Assembly: GCA_003528115.1 (NCBI GenBank)
Contig: DOGZ01000010.1
Location: 1-56,000 of the forward strand
Length of the DNA: 56,000 nt
Origin: Candidatus Omnitrophota bacterium
GTDB taxonomy: Bacteria > Omnitrophota > Gorgyraeia > Zapsychrales > Zapsychraceae
Reading direction: 5' to 3'
Every line of letters starts with the position of its first letter. Position 1 is the first letter of the stretch. The notes under the pieces are model-generated. The model was not told where the DNA came from and did not search any database. It was given only the letters and a program-made list of their open reading frames with translations. The translations under genes were made by a program, and so were the position numbers. Positions 18,430 to 27,996 of this stretch are shown here, piece by piece.

Positions 18430-20517
18430 TTATTCTGCAATCAATTTCTTAATCTGCGGCAGGAGTTTGCGGGTGGCGTCGACACCGCCCTTGATCAGTT
18501 CATCAACCCGGTGGAGTTCAAACCAATTGATCCCAATGAGCTCCGGATGGATAACCACATCCGCTATCTGTGAACTCTGTTCAGCCAGCACATATTCTGA
18601 GGCTTGCAGCGTGCGGACAATGATATCCGGGATATGGGGGCTGAAAAACCGTGATACGGCTCGGGATGTCCGGAAAGAAAGATATTTTAAAGGAGCCTTG
18701 GCATAAGTCAGTTGTTCCTGAGCCATCAGACGCTTTTGATCCAACTCAACCCCCAAAGAGACATCCTGCGGCGACTGGAGAACATTCACGGCTATAATCT
18801 TCTTGACCCCCTGGGCGGCGAGAACATTTGTCGGCAAAGGATTAAGAACCCCGCCGTCAATAATCAACTTGTCTTTTTCTAAGATAGGTTTAATAACACC
18901 GGGAATGGCGATGCTCCGGCGGATCGCTTCAACAAGCGAACCGCTTTCAATCACGATTTCTTCTCTATGGATCAAATCATAGGCGATCACTTTAAAAGGC
19001 ACGCGGGCGCTGTAAAATGTTCTGTCCCCCAGGTGTCTCTTCAACCAGCTTTTGATGGCCAGTCCGCCAATTAATCCCGAGGAAGGCGGCATAGCCAGGT
19101 CAAACAACCGTAACATGTTGGCTTTATTTTCAAATTCACGGGCCGCCTTTTCCAAGGCATTGGCATCCATACCGCTTATCCATAAACCGCCGATCAAGGC
19201 CCCCATACTGCTGCCCACAACCATGTCGACGGGAATGTTTTCTTCCTCTAAAACGCGAATCACACCGATATGCGAAATCCCTAAAGCCGCTCCACCCCCC
19301 AGGACAAGCCCCACCAGGACATTTCCGATTTCTCTGGCCATGCGCGTGACAATCCTGGAGTATTCGCTGCGCTCATTACATTTTATGAAAGATATCTGCC
19401 CGGAATTGACATCCCCCTTCAAATCCGAAGAATGAATGTGGGGCAACATGATATGCACACTGTAATCAATAGCCTTGTCGATTTCTTCAAACGACAGATA
19501 GTTCTTGGCCTGAGTGGGCCGGATAATAACCCGGATTTTATCTTCGCGGAATTTCTCCTGAAGATTTTCTTCCAGACGATCAATGTCTCTGCGGATTAAT
19601 TCCAGATCTTTTCTATGGTCGGTCGTAATGAGATGGACGAGATCCGACTGCGTTAAAGTTTCCAGGATCACATCATCCATCTGATTGGGCAAATCAACGA
19701 CCACATAATGATAATTCCCCACCAAAGAACCGACAAACGGGCTGATCTTCCTCTTGAGCGATGTGTCGTCCGGATCAAAAACGACATTCAACAAATCAAT
19801 CTTCAAATCGCTTTTAATAATACTGCTCATGATCCTGTCATGATCTCCCACAATTTCATTAAGCGCGACCGCGGGGGATTTCCATTGAATGGCGGTTTCA
19901 ATATGCAGGGGCCCATCGTGGGCGTGCTGTGCCTGCCTGGAATAGATATTCACAAAAATAACTTTTTTCTTGGTCTCTTTTTCCAAACTCAGCGCCAAAT
20001 TAATAGCATAGGTCGAACTCCCCGTGCCTTTCACAGGACTGTAAATGGAAACAATGGTGCTTCCGTACAAAGATGGGGCATTTTCCGCCTTACGGCGTAA
20101 ACGATGCGAAAGGCTGTGGCTGAACTCCACACCGAGCTGGGGAATCGATTTTAAAATATCGTGGAAATCGTCTTTAGGAATTTTCAGAACAACCGAATCA
20201 TTGATCGCCTCAAAGGTCGAGGAATGGTTCTCCCCGGTAAAAACAGAAATGATCCCAAAATACATCCCCCGATGGATGAATTCGACGTTTTCCTTCCTTC
20301 CGCCGGAAATAAGACTATGCGCCAACACCCGCCCGGAGATCAGACAATAAAAGAAATCCGGGAGATCCCCCTGACGGCGGATCGTCTCTCCTTTTTTATA
20401 CTCAACGATGATGGATTTGCGAGCGATCCTTTGCAGTTCCAACCAGCCCAGATTGGAAAAGATAGGAATTTGTTTAAGGGTATTGCAGCGGTTAAGAAAA
20501 GTAGAAATGCTGGTCAT
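18430..20517 (-). CDS. Multidomain cNMP-binding / degenerate MinD-ParA-like / patatin-like phospholipase protein
   Basis: aa 15-135 cyclic-nucleotide-binding fold; aa 150-375 ParA/MinD-like with non-canonical P-loop (SPVKGTGSST); aa 395-600 patatin (GGGAALG...GSSMG catalytic Ser, DGG catalytic Asp). Confidence 0.8.
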   Translation of the reverse strand: MTSISTFLNRCNTLKQIPIFSNLGWLELQRIARKSIIVEYKKGETIRRQGDLPDFFYCLISGRVLAHSLISGGRKENVEFIHRGMYFGIISVFTGENHSSTFEAINDSVVLKIPKDDFHDILKSIPQLGVEFSHSLSHRLRRKAENAPSLYGSTIVSIYSPVKGTGSSTYAINLALSLEKETKKKVIFVNIYSRQAQHAHDGPLHIETAIQWKSPAVALNEIVGDHDRIMSSIIKSDLKIDLLNVVFDPDDTSLKRKISPFVGSLVGNYHYVVVDLPNQMDDVILETLTQSDLVHLITTDHRKDLELIRRDIDRLEENLQEKFREDKIRVIIRPTQAKNYLSFEEIDKAIDYSVHIMLPHIHSSDLKGDVNSGQISFIKCNERSEYSRIVTRMAREIGNVLVGLVLGGGAALGISHIGVIRVLEEENIPVDMVVGSSMGALIGGLWISGMDANALEKAAREFENKANMLRLFDLAMPPSSGLIGGLAIKSWLKRHLGDRTFYSARVPFKVIAYDLIHREEIVIESGSLVEAIRRSIAIPGVIKPILEKDKLIIDGGVLNPLPTNVLAAQGVKKIIAVNVLQSPQDVSLGVELDQKRLMAQEQLTYAKAPLKYLSFRTSRAVSRFFSPHIPDIIVRTLQASEYVLAEQSSQIADVVIHPELIGINWFELHRVDELIKGGVDATRKLLPQIKKLIAE

Positions 20518-20553
20518 AATAATTGAACTATTATCCGTAAATTATTCAGTTAT

Positions 20554-22407
20554 CTATTTAATAATATCCCTCTCCATCCACTCAAATTCTGCGGCCAAGA
20601 GCTTCTTGGAAACGGAGATGCTCTGACGATCACAATTCTTTTCACTTTCATTAAAGAAGACTTCAATGCGCTGCTGCGCCGAACAACAGAACAATTCCGC
20701 CAGGTGCAGGGCATTCCCTTTTTCCTTGGAACTCTTCATTAAAGCATCCGCGTACGAACAGGTGGCCGCCATAGCGAAAAGTTCAACACCGATATCCACA
20801 ATGCGGTTTAAAATAGCCTGTTTGGCCTCGAGTTTCTTTTGATAACGCATCATTTGATGAAAAACTTCCCGCCCCAAACGTTTGCTGGTCGATTGAATAT
20901 ACCCCATATAACGGCCAAGATGAGGATCCATACCTTTCACAGAGACGGCCTGAGGCAAAAAAAGCTTGGGATACCACCACCCATAATACCGGATCATCGA
21001 ACCGATGGCCTTGCATTTTCCCAAGACACTCACCCGTGAACTAAAAAGCGGTTTCATCCGGCTTAAATGCGGGTCCAAAGCCTCGCGGGCGATAAACAGA
21101 TGCATGATCTCGGATGTGCCTTCGATAATCAAATTGATGCGGATGTCTCTGAGCACACGCTCTACGGGCCAACTGTCGACGCCCCTGGCGTCTAAAGAAT
21201 CTTTCTTTTCGTAGCCCTTCCCTCCACGGATCTGCAGGGTTTCATCCACAATCTTCCACGTGTGGTACGTGCAGAAATATTTCGCGATCGCGGCCTCGAG
21301 ACGAATATCCCTTCTGTGATCATCCGCCATCGCGGACGTCAGCCATGTCATGGCATCCATCGCGAAGGTGTGGCTCGCGATATAACCCAATTTCAAGGCA
21401 ATGCTTTCATGCTCCCCGATGGCCGCGCCCCACTGCTTTCGTTTTAAGGCGGATTGCCGCGCCACATAAACACACCACTTCCCGACGCCGGTTGAAGCCG
21501 CCGGAAGTGTTAACCTCCCCGTATTCAGTGTCGTTAAGGCCAACTTAAGTCCTTCCCCTTCCGCCAAGATGATATTCTCTTTAGGCACCTTAACATTTTT
21601 AAACCGCATCAATCCGTTGGACATGCCGTTTAATCCCATAAACTTGCAGCGATGAACCACTTCAACCCCGGGTGTATTCGTCTCCACTATAAAAGCCGTG
21701 ATCTGTTTATGTTCCTTCCCATCAATGATCTTGGGAGGCGTGACAGCCATAACCACGATCACGCCCGCGATGGGCCCGTTCGTACACCAAAGTTTTTCTC
21801 CGTTAAGAAGAAAGGACTTCCCGTCTTCCACAGGGGCCGCTGTCGTCGTCATCTTGCGGGGATCCGAACCGGCCTCCGGTTCCGTTAAGGCAAACGCCGA
21901 GACGATCCCTTGAGCAAACATCGGTAAATACTTTTTCTTCTGTTGTTCCGTGCCGAACAGTTTCAGCGGTTGAGGGACTCCAATGCTCTGATGCGCTGAG
22001 AGCATAACGGCCGTGGATCCGCAGTAGCTGGCCACCATATGCATCGCACGATTGTAATTATATTGACTTAATCCAAGCCCGCCGTATTCCTTGGGGACTT
22101 TTATGGCAAAGGCCCCTAAATCCGCCAACCCTTTCATGACCGTCTCGGGAATAATTCCGGTCTTATCCACCTCATTAGGGTCGAGCTTTTCCTTTAAGAA
22201 TTTCTCCAACTTTTCAACAAACGCGTCACCAATTTTTTTATCTTCTTCGGACTGCAACGGGAAAGGATGAACAGCCTTCCAATCAAAGACCCCATGGAAC
22301 AACTGCAAGGCAAAACTCGGAAACTTCCATTCTATCTCACGGGCAGCTTCGGCGAATTCTAAGGATTCTTTTTTGTCTTGACTGATGTTTTTATCAAACA
22401 TGCTCAT
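20554..22407 (-). CDS. Acyl-CoA dehydrogenase, long form with C-terminal extension
   Basis: 617-aa ORF, ACAD N-terminal/middle/C-terminal domains (TEPEAGSDP motif). Confidence 0.85.
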   Translation of the reverse strand: MSMFDKNISQDKKESLEFAEAAREIEWKFPSFALQLFHGVFDWKAVHPFPLQSEEDKKIGDAFVEKLEKFLKEKLDPNEVDKTGIIPETVMKGLADLGAFAIKVPKEYGGLGLSQYNYNRAMHMVASYCGSTAVMLSAHQSIGVPQPLKLFGTEQQKKKYLPMFAQGIVSAFALTEPEAGSDPRKMTTTAAPVEDGKSFLLNGEKLWCTNGPIAGVIVVMAVTPPKIIDGKEHKQITAFIVETNTPGVEVVHRCKFMGLNGMSNGLMRFKNVKVPKENIILAEGEGLKLALTTLNTGRLTLPAASTGVGKWCVYVARQSALKRKQWGAAIGEHESIALKLGYIASHTFAMDAMTWLTSAMADDHRRDIRLEAAIAKYFCTYHTWKIVDETLQIRGGKGYEKKDSLDARGVDSWPVERVLRDIRINLIIEGTSEIMHLFIAREALDPHLSRMKPLFSSRVSVLGKCKAIGSMIRYYGWWYPKLFLPQAVSVKGMDPHLGRYMGYIQSTSKRLGREVFHQMMRYQKKLEAKQAILNRIVDIGVELFAMAATCSYADALMKSSKEKGNALHLAELFCCSAQQRIEVFFNESEKNCDRQSISVSKKLLAAEFEWMERDIIK

Positions 22408-22587
22408 GGGTTTTTCTCCTTTAACGGTTTTCCCAGAATGTCCTTGCGTCTATCCCAATTGTCCTCGAATACAAAACTTTAATATTTCATTGAAATCATT
22501 CAACTTACAACAATCAGCTAGTAAGAGTATAAAAGCTCCCTCTCTAAAAAGCAAAGGATGTATTGATTTTTTCTGGACACGCTGACG

Positions 22588-22611
22588 AATTCGTCCACCG
22601 GTGGACGAATT
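22588..22611. promoter_or_regulatory. 24-bp perfect palindrome AATTCGTCCACCGGTGGACGAATT between rlmD and the acyl-CoA dehydrogenase gene
   Basis: Read directly from the sequence; candidate dimeric regulator operator or stem-loop. Confidence 0.5.
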
Positions 22612-22631
22612 GAGGAAAACAACGATCGGCG

Positions 22632-23678
22632 CTAAAGGACTAATAAGACAAGGGTCTCCAAATGCCGAGTCTTGGGAAAGAAATCAAATGGCATAATCCT
22701 TTTAACCTTCCAGCCCTGGTTGACAAAACACGTGAGATCCCGCGCCAGAGCTTCAGGATTACAGGAAAGATAAAAAAGATAATTCAAATTTTTGGCAGAA
22801 GCCAGCAGACGCAAAGCGCTGGGACTCAATCCGGCCCGCGGCGGATCAATGAATGCCACTTGATGCCCTCCAGGAGATCCTTGAAGCAGGACCGGCAGTT
22901 TATCCTCGACCCTTCCTTCAACGACCTCAAAGTTTTGGAAATGATGAACGCGCACGTTGTATCTCGCCAATCTTAAAGACGCTTGACACTCCTCGATCAA
23001 AAAAACTTTCTTTACTTTGTCGGCCAATCCAATGCCGAATAATCCTACCCCGCCATAAAGATCATAAAAGGAGATCTCTTGCTCACTCCAAAAATCAAAC
23101 GCCTTCAAACGTTCAAAAAGTCTCGGCAAAATCGAAAGGTTCGCCTGAAAGAACGTGTCCAGCGAGTAATAAATCTTTCTGCCGTGAATATCCACCCAGA
23201 AATAATCCTCTTCTTGTAATTGACACGATCCGCGGCCGATGCCGCCCCATAAAACACGACCATTTTCTCCGTTGCGTACAACGATATTGGCCAGGCGATA
23301 TTTTTCAGGGAGTTTTGCCATAACCTGCGTTTTGAGTTCGGGGATAAAGGCGGATATTCTTTCGTCGGCAATCGGACAGGCGTCCACCGGGATCATGCGG
23401 CGCCCTTCCCGGGGGGAGAACCCCATAAATATTTCTTTTTTCCGGGTGCGCAGGAGTTTTAAATCAAGACGGTTGCGGTAGTGATAAGGTTTCGGTGACG
23501 GGACAATCGGCTCAAAAAGGTCATCCCCAAGCGCCAGAGTCTCTTTCAACAGCGACTTGAGTTTGGCCTCCTTACCCTTAAGTTCTTCCTCGTAGGGAAT
23601 ATTCTGGTAAAAACAACCGCCGCATTCACCAAAGACGGGGCATGGAGCAATAATGGATTCTGTTTGAACAGTAAGCAC
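22632..23678 (-). CDS. Class I SAM-dependent RNA (uracil-5)-methyltransferase, RlmD/RumA family
   Basis: N-terminal Cys cluster CPVFGECGGC, SAM-binding DLYGGVGLFG, FIDPPRAGL motif. Confidence 0.75.
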   Translation of the reverse strand: MLTVQTESIIAPCPVFGECGGCFYQNIPYEEELKGKEAKLKSLLKETLALGDDLFEPIVPSPKPYHYRNRLDLKLLRTRKKEIFMGFSPREGRRMIPVDACPIADERISAFIPELKTQVMAKLPEKYRLANIVVRNGENGRVLWGGIGRGSCQLQEEDYFWVDIHGRKIYYSLDTFFQANLSILPRLFERLKAFDFWSEQEISFYDLYGGVGLFGIGLADKVKKVFLIEECQASLRLARYNVRVHHFQNFEVVEGRVEDKLPVLLQGSPGGHQVAFIDPPRAGLSPSALRLLASAKNLNYLFYLSCNPEALARDLTCFVNQGWKVKRIMPFDFFPKTRHLETLVLLVL

Positions 23679-23758
23679 TATGAAAAATTCCGCGCAATGG
23701 ATAACAGCCGGACTTACGCTCTTGCTGAATGGCCAGCCGCGCCTGTTTATTCACCTTC

Positions 23759-24328
23759 TTACAAAATTTTGAAAGACTTCATCATCATCTCCACTTTGGG
23801 AACAAAGTTTTCATAGGTGGAGGACATGGCGGTAAAAGTTACCTGATACGCCTTTGAATCGTCGAGGGCCCATTGAATCTTATATTGAAACTCCACGTCC
23901 GGCCCCTTGCCCAGAAAAACAAAATGATGCCCGGGCCGGCCGGCTAAGGGCGCCGGTTCGGATTTAAGAATCACTAAATTAGATTTAAAAACGACCTGCA
24001 TCTGGTGAATCGCCGTCTTGGTGTACATATCAAGATTGTTCAAATGCTTAGGGACATCCTGGACAATGACGCTGAAATTTTCCTGAAAAAAATCCAAATC
24101 ATTCTCCTTGGGGGACACAAAAACAACTTCAGCGCCTTGCGTCTTATTTTTATCCGCGATCGTCCAGTCAGAGGGATATTCCATTAAAAATCTGCCCTGA
24201 GGATCTTTATATCTGATATATTCGCGTTTTTGTCCGAACATCCAGAGCGTCACCACCGTGCCGATAACCAGAACCCCAACAATCGAAATGATGACGTAAA
24301 ACAATTCTTCGTGTTTGCGTTTATTCAT
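23759..24328 (-). CDS. Membrane-anchored hypothetical protein (possible PsbP/DcrB-like fold)
   Basis: 189-aa ORF with a single N-terminal TM; no confident family assignment. Confidence 0.45.
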   Translation of the reverse strand: MNKRKHEELFYVIISIVGVLVIGTVVTLWMFGQKREYIRYKDPQGRFLMEYPSDWTIADKNKTQGAEVVFVSPKENDLDFFQENFSVIVQDVPKHLNNLDMYTKTAIHQMQVVFKSNLVILKSEPAPLAGRPGHHFVFLGKGPDVEFQYKIQWALDDSKAYQVTFTAMSSTYENFVPKVEMMMKSFKIL

Positions 24329-24438
24329 AAGAAAACAACTCCTGCACCGTTATATTATTTTCTAAACAATTTTTTTTACAAAATCCGAGAGAAGCACTTT
24401 GTTCCACAATTCAGAAATTTAGATTACAAAGCACTCCT

Positions 24439-26577
24439 TTATCCCTTAAAAAATCCTTTCCTTTTTTCCCTCAAATCCAGTATGTACTTGGCGGGTTGAA
24501 AACGGGGAGCGTTGAGCTCAACTCCCAATTTCTCTAACCGGCTCACGAGATGGTCTATCCCAAGCGTGTCCGCGTACCGTAAAAGCCCCCCGCGAAACGG
24601 CGGAAATCCTGTTCCAAAGATCATACCCGTATCGACGGTGTCTGCGCCGTCAATAACCCCTTCTTCCAGGCAACGGGCCGCTTCGTTAATCATAATATAC
24701 AGCAACCGTTCACGGCACACCTCCGGATCAAAACGCCTTCGGGAAGACCCTGTTATGAGTCGGTTGATTTCAGGATTGGGCGTTCTTTCTTTGCCGTGGC
24801 TATAAAACCCTTGGCCTGATTTCTTCCCCAAGTATCCTGCTTTAAAAATGGTCTCAAAGATCTCCACGGGCTTGTAACGTTCGTTGATTCCTTTTTCTAA
24901 AATATGCAGAACCTTGATCCCGACGTCCAACCCGACTTCATCGGATAGAGCAAATGGCCCCATGGGCATACCAAAATCCGTCATTAAACGATCAACCTTT
25001 TCCATCTCGCCGCATTCCTCAAGAATTCGTCCGGCCTCATTCACGTATCCCAGCAAAACGCGATTCACCAGAAACCCACAAGAATCTTTAACCAGAATAG
25101 GAATTTTCCCCAACTGTTTCACGAGCGCGAGCGTTGTGACAATGGTTTCCTTTGACGTCATGGGCGTTGTAATGACCTCGACCAACGGCATACGGTGAAC
25201 CGGATTAAAGAAATGAAAGCCGATCACCTTTTCCGGACGCGAGGTCTCTTTCGCCATTTCCGTCACAGACAAGGCGGAAGTGTTCGTCGCTAAAATAGCG
25301 TGTTCGGAGGCAGCGCCGCTCAAATCCTTGAAAACCTTTTTCTTGATGTCCATGTTCTCGACGACCGCTTCAATGACGTAGTCGGCCGTTTTAAATCCGC
25401 TGTAGTCCAAAGTGCCAGTGATATGCGCCATTTGCGTCATGGCCTGGGCCTTGGTCAACTTTCGTTTCTTGACACCATCTTTGAAAATCTTATTTGCCGC
25501 CTGAAAACCCTTAGCCACCGCGTCATAGTTAATATCTTTGAGCCGCACCCAGATGTCTCTTGAAGCGAGAAGCTGGGCAATGCCTCCGCCCATCACCCCC
25601 GCGCCCAATACAGCGCATTTACGGACCGGCTGAGACTCAATCCCATCGGCCCCCTCCAACTTTAACTTTTTATATTTTTCGGAGAGATAAAAAACAGCCA
25701 CCAAATTCTTGGAAATCCCTGTGACCGCCAACTCCCCAAATGTCCGGGCCTCGACCTCCAATCCTTTAACGCGGTTAAGAAAGAAATTTTTCTCAATCAC
25801 TTCAACCGCTTTTACCGGCGCCGGATAAAATCCCTTTGTCGCTTTCAAAACATTTTTTTTGGTCTGATAAAAAATGAACGATTGTCCGGTTAAAGATCCC
25901 TCGAGTAAACCCGCCCAGCCTTTTTTCTTATTTCTCGCATATTTAGTCTTTCCCAATCTTTTATCTTTGCCACTTTTGATATCCGAAATAAATTTCTTCA
26001 GATGATCTTCCAGACCCGTTTGTGGACAAAGCCGGTCGAAAAGACCTATCTTTAACGCCTTGGAACCGTCTACAGGCTTGCCGGCAAGGATCATCTTTAA
26101 TCCTTCGGCTAAACCAACAATCCGCGGCAAGCGGTACGTGCCGCCAAATCCAGGAACAAAACCGAGGTTAACTTCAGGGAGACCGATCCGCACTTTATCA
26201 TTGAATGTTGCCAGACGGTACTGGCAGGCCAGACTCAACTCACATCCGCCTCCTAAAGCCACCCCGTCAATCACGGCAATGGTAGGGATCGTCAGATCTT
26301 CCAGTTTATTCAAAACCTTTTGACCCGCCCTGGCCTTTTCCATGCCGTCTTGACTTTCTGTAATCTGCTCGATCTCTTTGATGTCCGCGCCGGCAAAAAA
26401 GACATCTTTCTTCTTGCTCCATAACACAATCACTTCAAGATTCTGTTTGGTCTTGATTCCATCCAGCACAGTATCCAGGCGTTTAATCACGTCCGATGTG
26501 AGAAGATTGACCTTTGAACCTTCCTGATCAAATTCAATGGTGCCAATATTATTATTCTCTCTAAAAGTTACTGACAT
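24439..26577 (-). CDS. fadJ: Fatty-acid oxidation complex alpha subunit (enoyl-CoA hydratase / 3-hydroxyacyl-CoA dehydrogenase)
   Basis: 712 aa; crotonase N-domain (FFAGADIKEI) followed by 3HCDH NAD-binding (AVLGAGVMGGGIA). Confidence 0.9.
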   Translation of the reverse strand: MSVTFRENNNIGTIEFDQEGSKVNLLTSDVIKRLDTVLDGIKTKQNLEVIVLWSKKKDVFFAGADIKEIEQITESQDGMEKARAGQKVLNKLEDLTIPTIAVIDGVALGGGCELSLACQYRLATFNDKVRIGLPEVNLGFVPGFGGTYRLPRIVGLAEGLKMILAGKPVDGSKALKIGLFDRLCPQTGLEDHLKKFISDIKSGKDKRLGKTKYARNKKKGWAGLLEGSLTGQSFIFYQTKKNVLKATKGFYPAPVKAVEVIEKNFFLNRVKGLEVEARTFGELAVTGISKNLVAVFYLSEKYKKLKLEGADGIESQPVRKCAVLGAGVMGGGIAQLLASRDIWVRLKDINYDAVAKGFQAANKIFKDGVKKRKLTKAQAMTQMAHITGTLDYSGFKTADYVIEAVVENMDIKKKVFKDLSGAASEHAILATNTSALSVTEMAKETSRPEKVIGFHFFNPVHRMPLVEVITTPMTSKETIVTTLALVKQLGKIPILVKDSCGFLVNRVLLGYVNEAGRILEECGEMEKVDRLMTDFGMPMGPFALSDEVGLDVGIKVLHILEKGINERYKPVEIFETIFKAGYLGKKSGQGFYSHGKERTPNPEINRLITGSSRRRFDPEVCRERLLYIMINEAARCLEEGVIDGADTVDTGMIFGTGFPPFRGGLLRYADTLGIDHLVSRLEKLGVELNAPRFQPAKYILDLREKRKGFFKG

Positions 26578-26640
26578 AGATTCACCTCTCTTGTCTGTTT
26601 CTTGTCTTCTGCCGACTTATAGCCACCACCTACTGACGAT

Positions 26641-27921
26641 TTATCTCTGCAATATAACCGCCGCTCCCTGGCCTCCACCAACGCACAAAGAGATCAAACC
26701 CGTATTCAGATTGTCGCGCTTCATATGTTTGAGCATCGTTAAGATCAATCGTGTCCCTGACGCGCCCACCGGATGCCCCAGAGCTATGGCCCCGCCGTTC
26801 ACATTAAGAATAGACCGGTCAATCGTTCCTGTGTACCCATCGTACCCAAATGTTTTAGCAAATGAGGGAGACTCCAGGGCAGCGAGACAGCTTAAAACCT
26901 GCACGGCAAAAGCCTCATTGATTTCCACTGCCTGGATATCTTTTAACTTCATCTCAGCTTTTTTCAAGACCTTGGGGATCGCGTGCGCCGGCCCAATGCC
27001 CATGCGATGGGGTTCAACCCCGGCAAAAGCATAAGCGTGAACATATCCCAACACGGGAAGATTCAATGCCTTGACCCGGCTTTCACTCATCACAAGTAAA
27101 GCTGCCGCTCCGTCTGTGATCTGACTGGAATTGCCCGCCGTGATCGTGCCCGATCGTTTATCAAAAACCGGCTTTAATTTGGCCAGGGCCTCCATGGTCT
27201 GGTTTTCCCGAGGGCCGTTATCCAGCTCAACCGCGGTCTTGTATTTCGGCGCCGGAATGACAGGGACAATTTCCTCTTTAAGCGCTTCGCGGGCCTTCAC
27301 CGCCTTTTGGTGACTAGCCAAGGCAAACGCGTCCTGCTGTTCCCGGGTAATACCAAATTCTTTCGCGAGAACCTCGGCGGTCTGCCCCATATTCAGTCCA
27401 CAGACAGGATCCGTTAACCCGAGTTGAAGACCAATCTGCGGCGGGAGATATTTGAAACGAAACGTCCCCCACATCTGAAGTTTAGCCATGACCGTCTTGG
27501 CCTTGGCCAACCGGCCCAGGAAATCCTGCATTGATCTGGATAAATAAAATGGGATGCTGGTCATTGACTCGGTACCGCCGGCCAAATAACAATTTCCCTC
27601 GCCGACTTGAATTTTCATAACGGCCTGAATGACCGCCTCTATCCCTGAGGCACAATTGCGCTGGACCGTATAGGCTGGAATAGTCGTCGGAATACCGCTC
27701 ATCAAGGCGATCACGCGCGCAATGTTGGTTGAATCCGCGGGCTGACCGACGTTGCCAAAAATCACTTCCGCGATCTCCCGGGGGTCGATGGCGGTTCGTT
27801 CCAAAAGTTCCCGGGTCACAATGGCTCCGAGTTCCCGCGCCCCTAAATCATTAAAATCCGTCCCCATCCGGCAGAACGGGGTCCTGATGCCATCAATAAT
27901 CGCTATTCGTTCCATAATCAT
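26641..27921 (-). CDS. fadA: Acetyl-CoA C-acyltransferase (3-ketoacyl-CoA thiolase)
   Basis: 426 aa; thiolase C-terminal NVNGGAIALGHPVGASG. Confidence 0.9.
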   Translation of the reverse strand: MIMERIAIIDGIRTPFCRMGTDFNDLGARELGAIVTRELLERTAIDPREIAEVIFGNVGQPADSTNIARVIALMSGIPTTIPAYTVQRNCASGIEAVIQAVMKIQVGEGNCYLAGGTESMTSIPFYLSRSMQDFLGRLAKAKTVMAKLQMWGTFRFKYLPPQIGLQLGLTDPVCGLNMGQTAEVLAKEFGITREQQDAFALASHQKAVKAREALKEEIVPVIPAPKYKTAVELDNGPRENQTMEALAKLKPVFDKRSGTITAGNSSQITDGAAALLVMSESRVKALNLPVLGYVHAYAFAGVEPHRMGIGPAHAIPKVLKKAEMKLKDIQAVEINEAFAVQVLSCLAALESPSFAKTFGYDGYTGTIDRSILNVNGGAIALGHPVGASGTRLILTMLKHMKRDNLNTGLISLCVGGGQGAAVILQR

Positions 27922-27939
27922 TCCTTTGGTTAATGCCCC

Positions 27940-27995
27940 TATCCTTTAACCTTTAACCTTTAACTTTTATCCTTTATCCTTTATCCTTTTTCCTT
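27940..27995. repeat. Tandem heptamer microsatellite (CCTTTAA)x3 then (CCTTTAT)x3
   Basis: Read directly from the sequence between the ligase stop and fadA start. Confidence 0.8.
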
Positions 27996-27996
27996 C

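Noticed and set aside
27940-27995. CRISPR array
   Set aside because: Only 7-bp units with no spacers; no cas genes in the window. This is a microsatellite, not a CRISPR array
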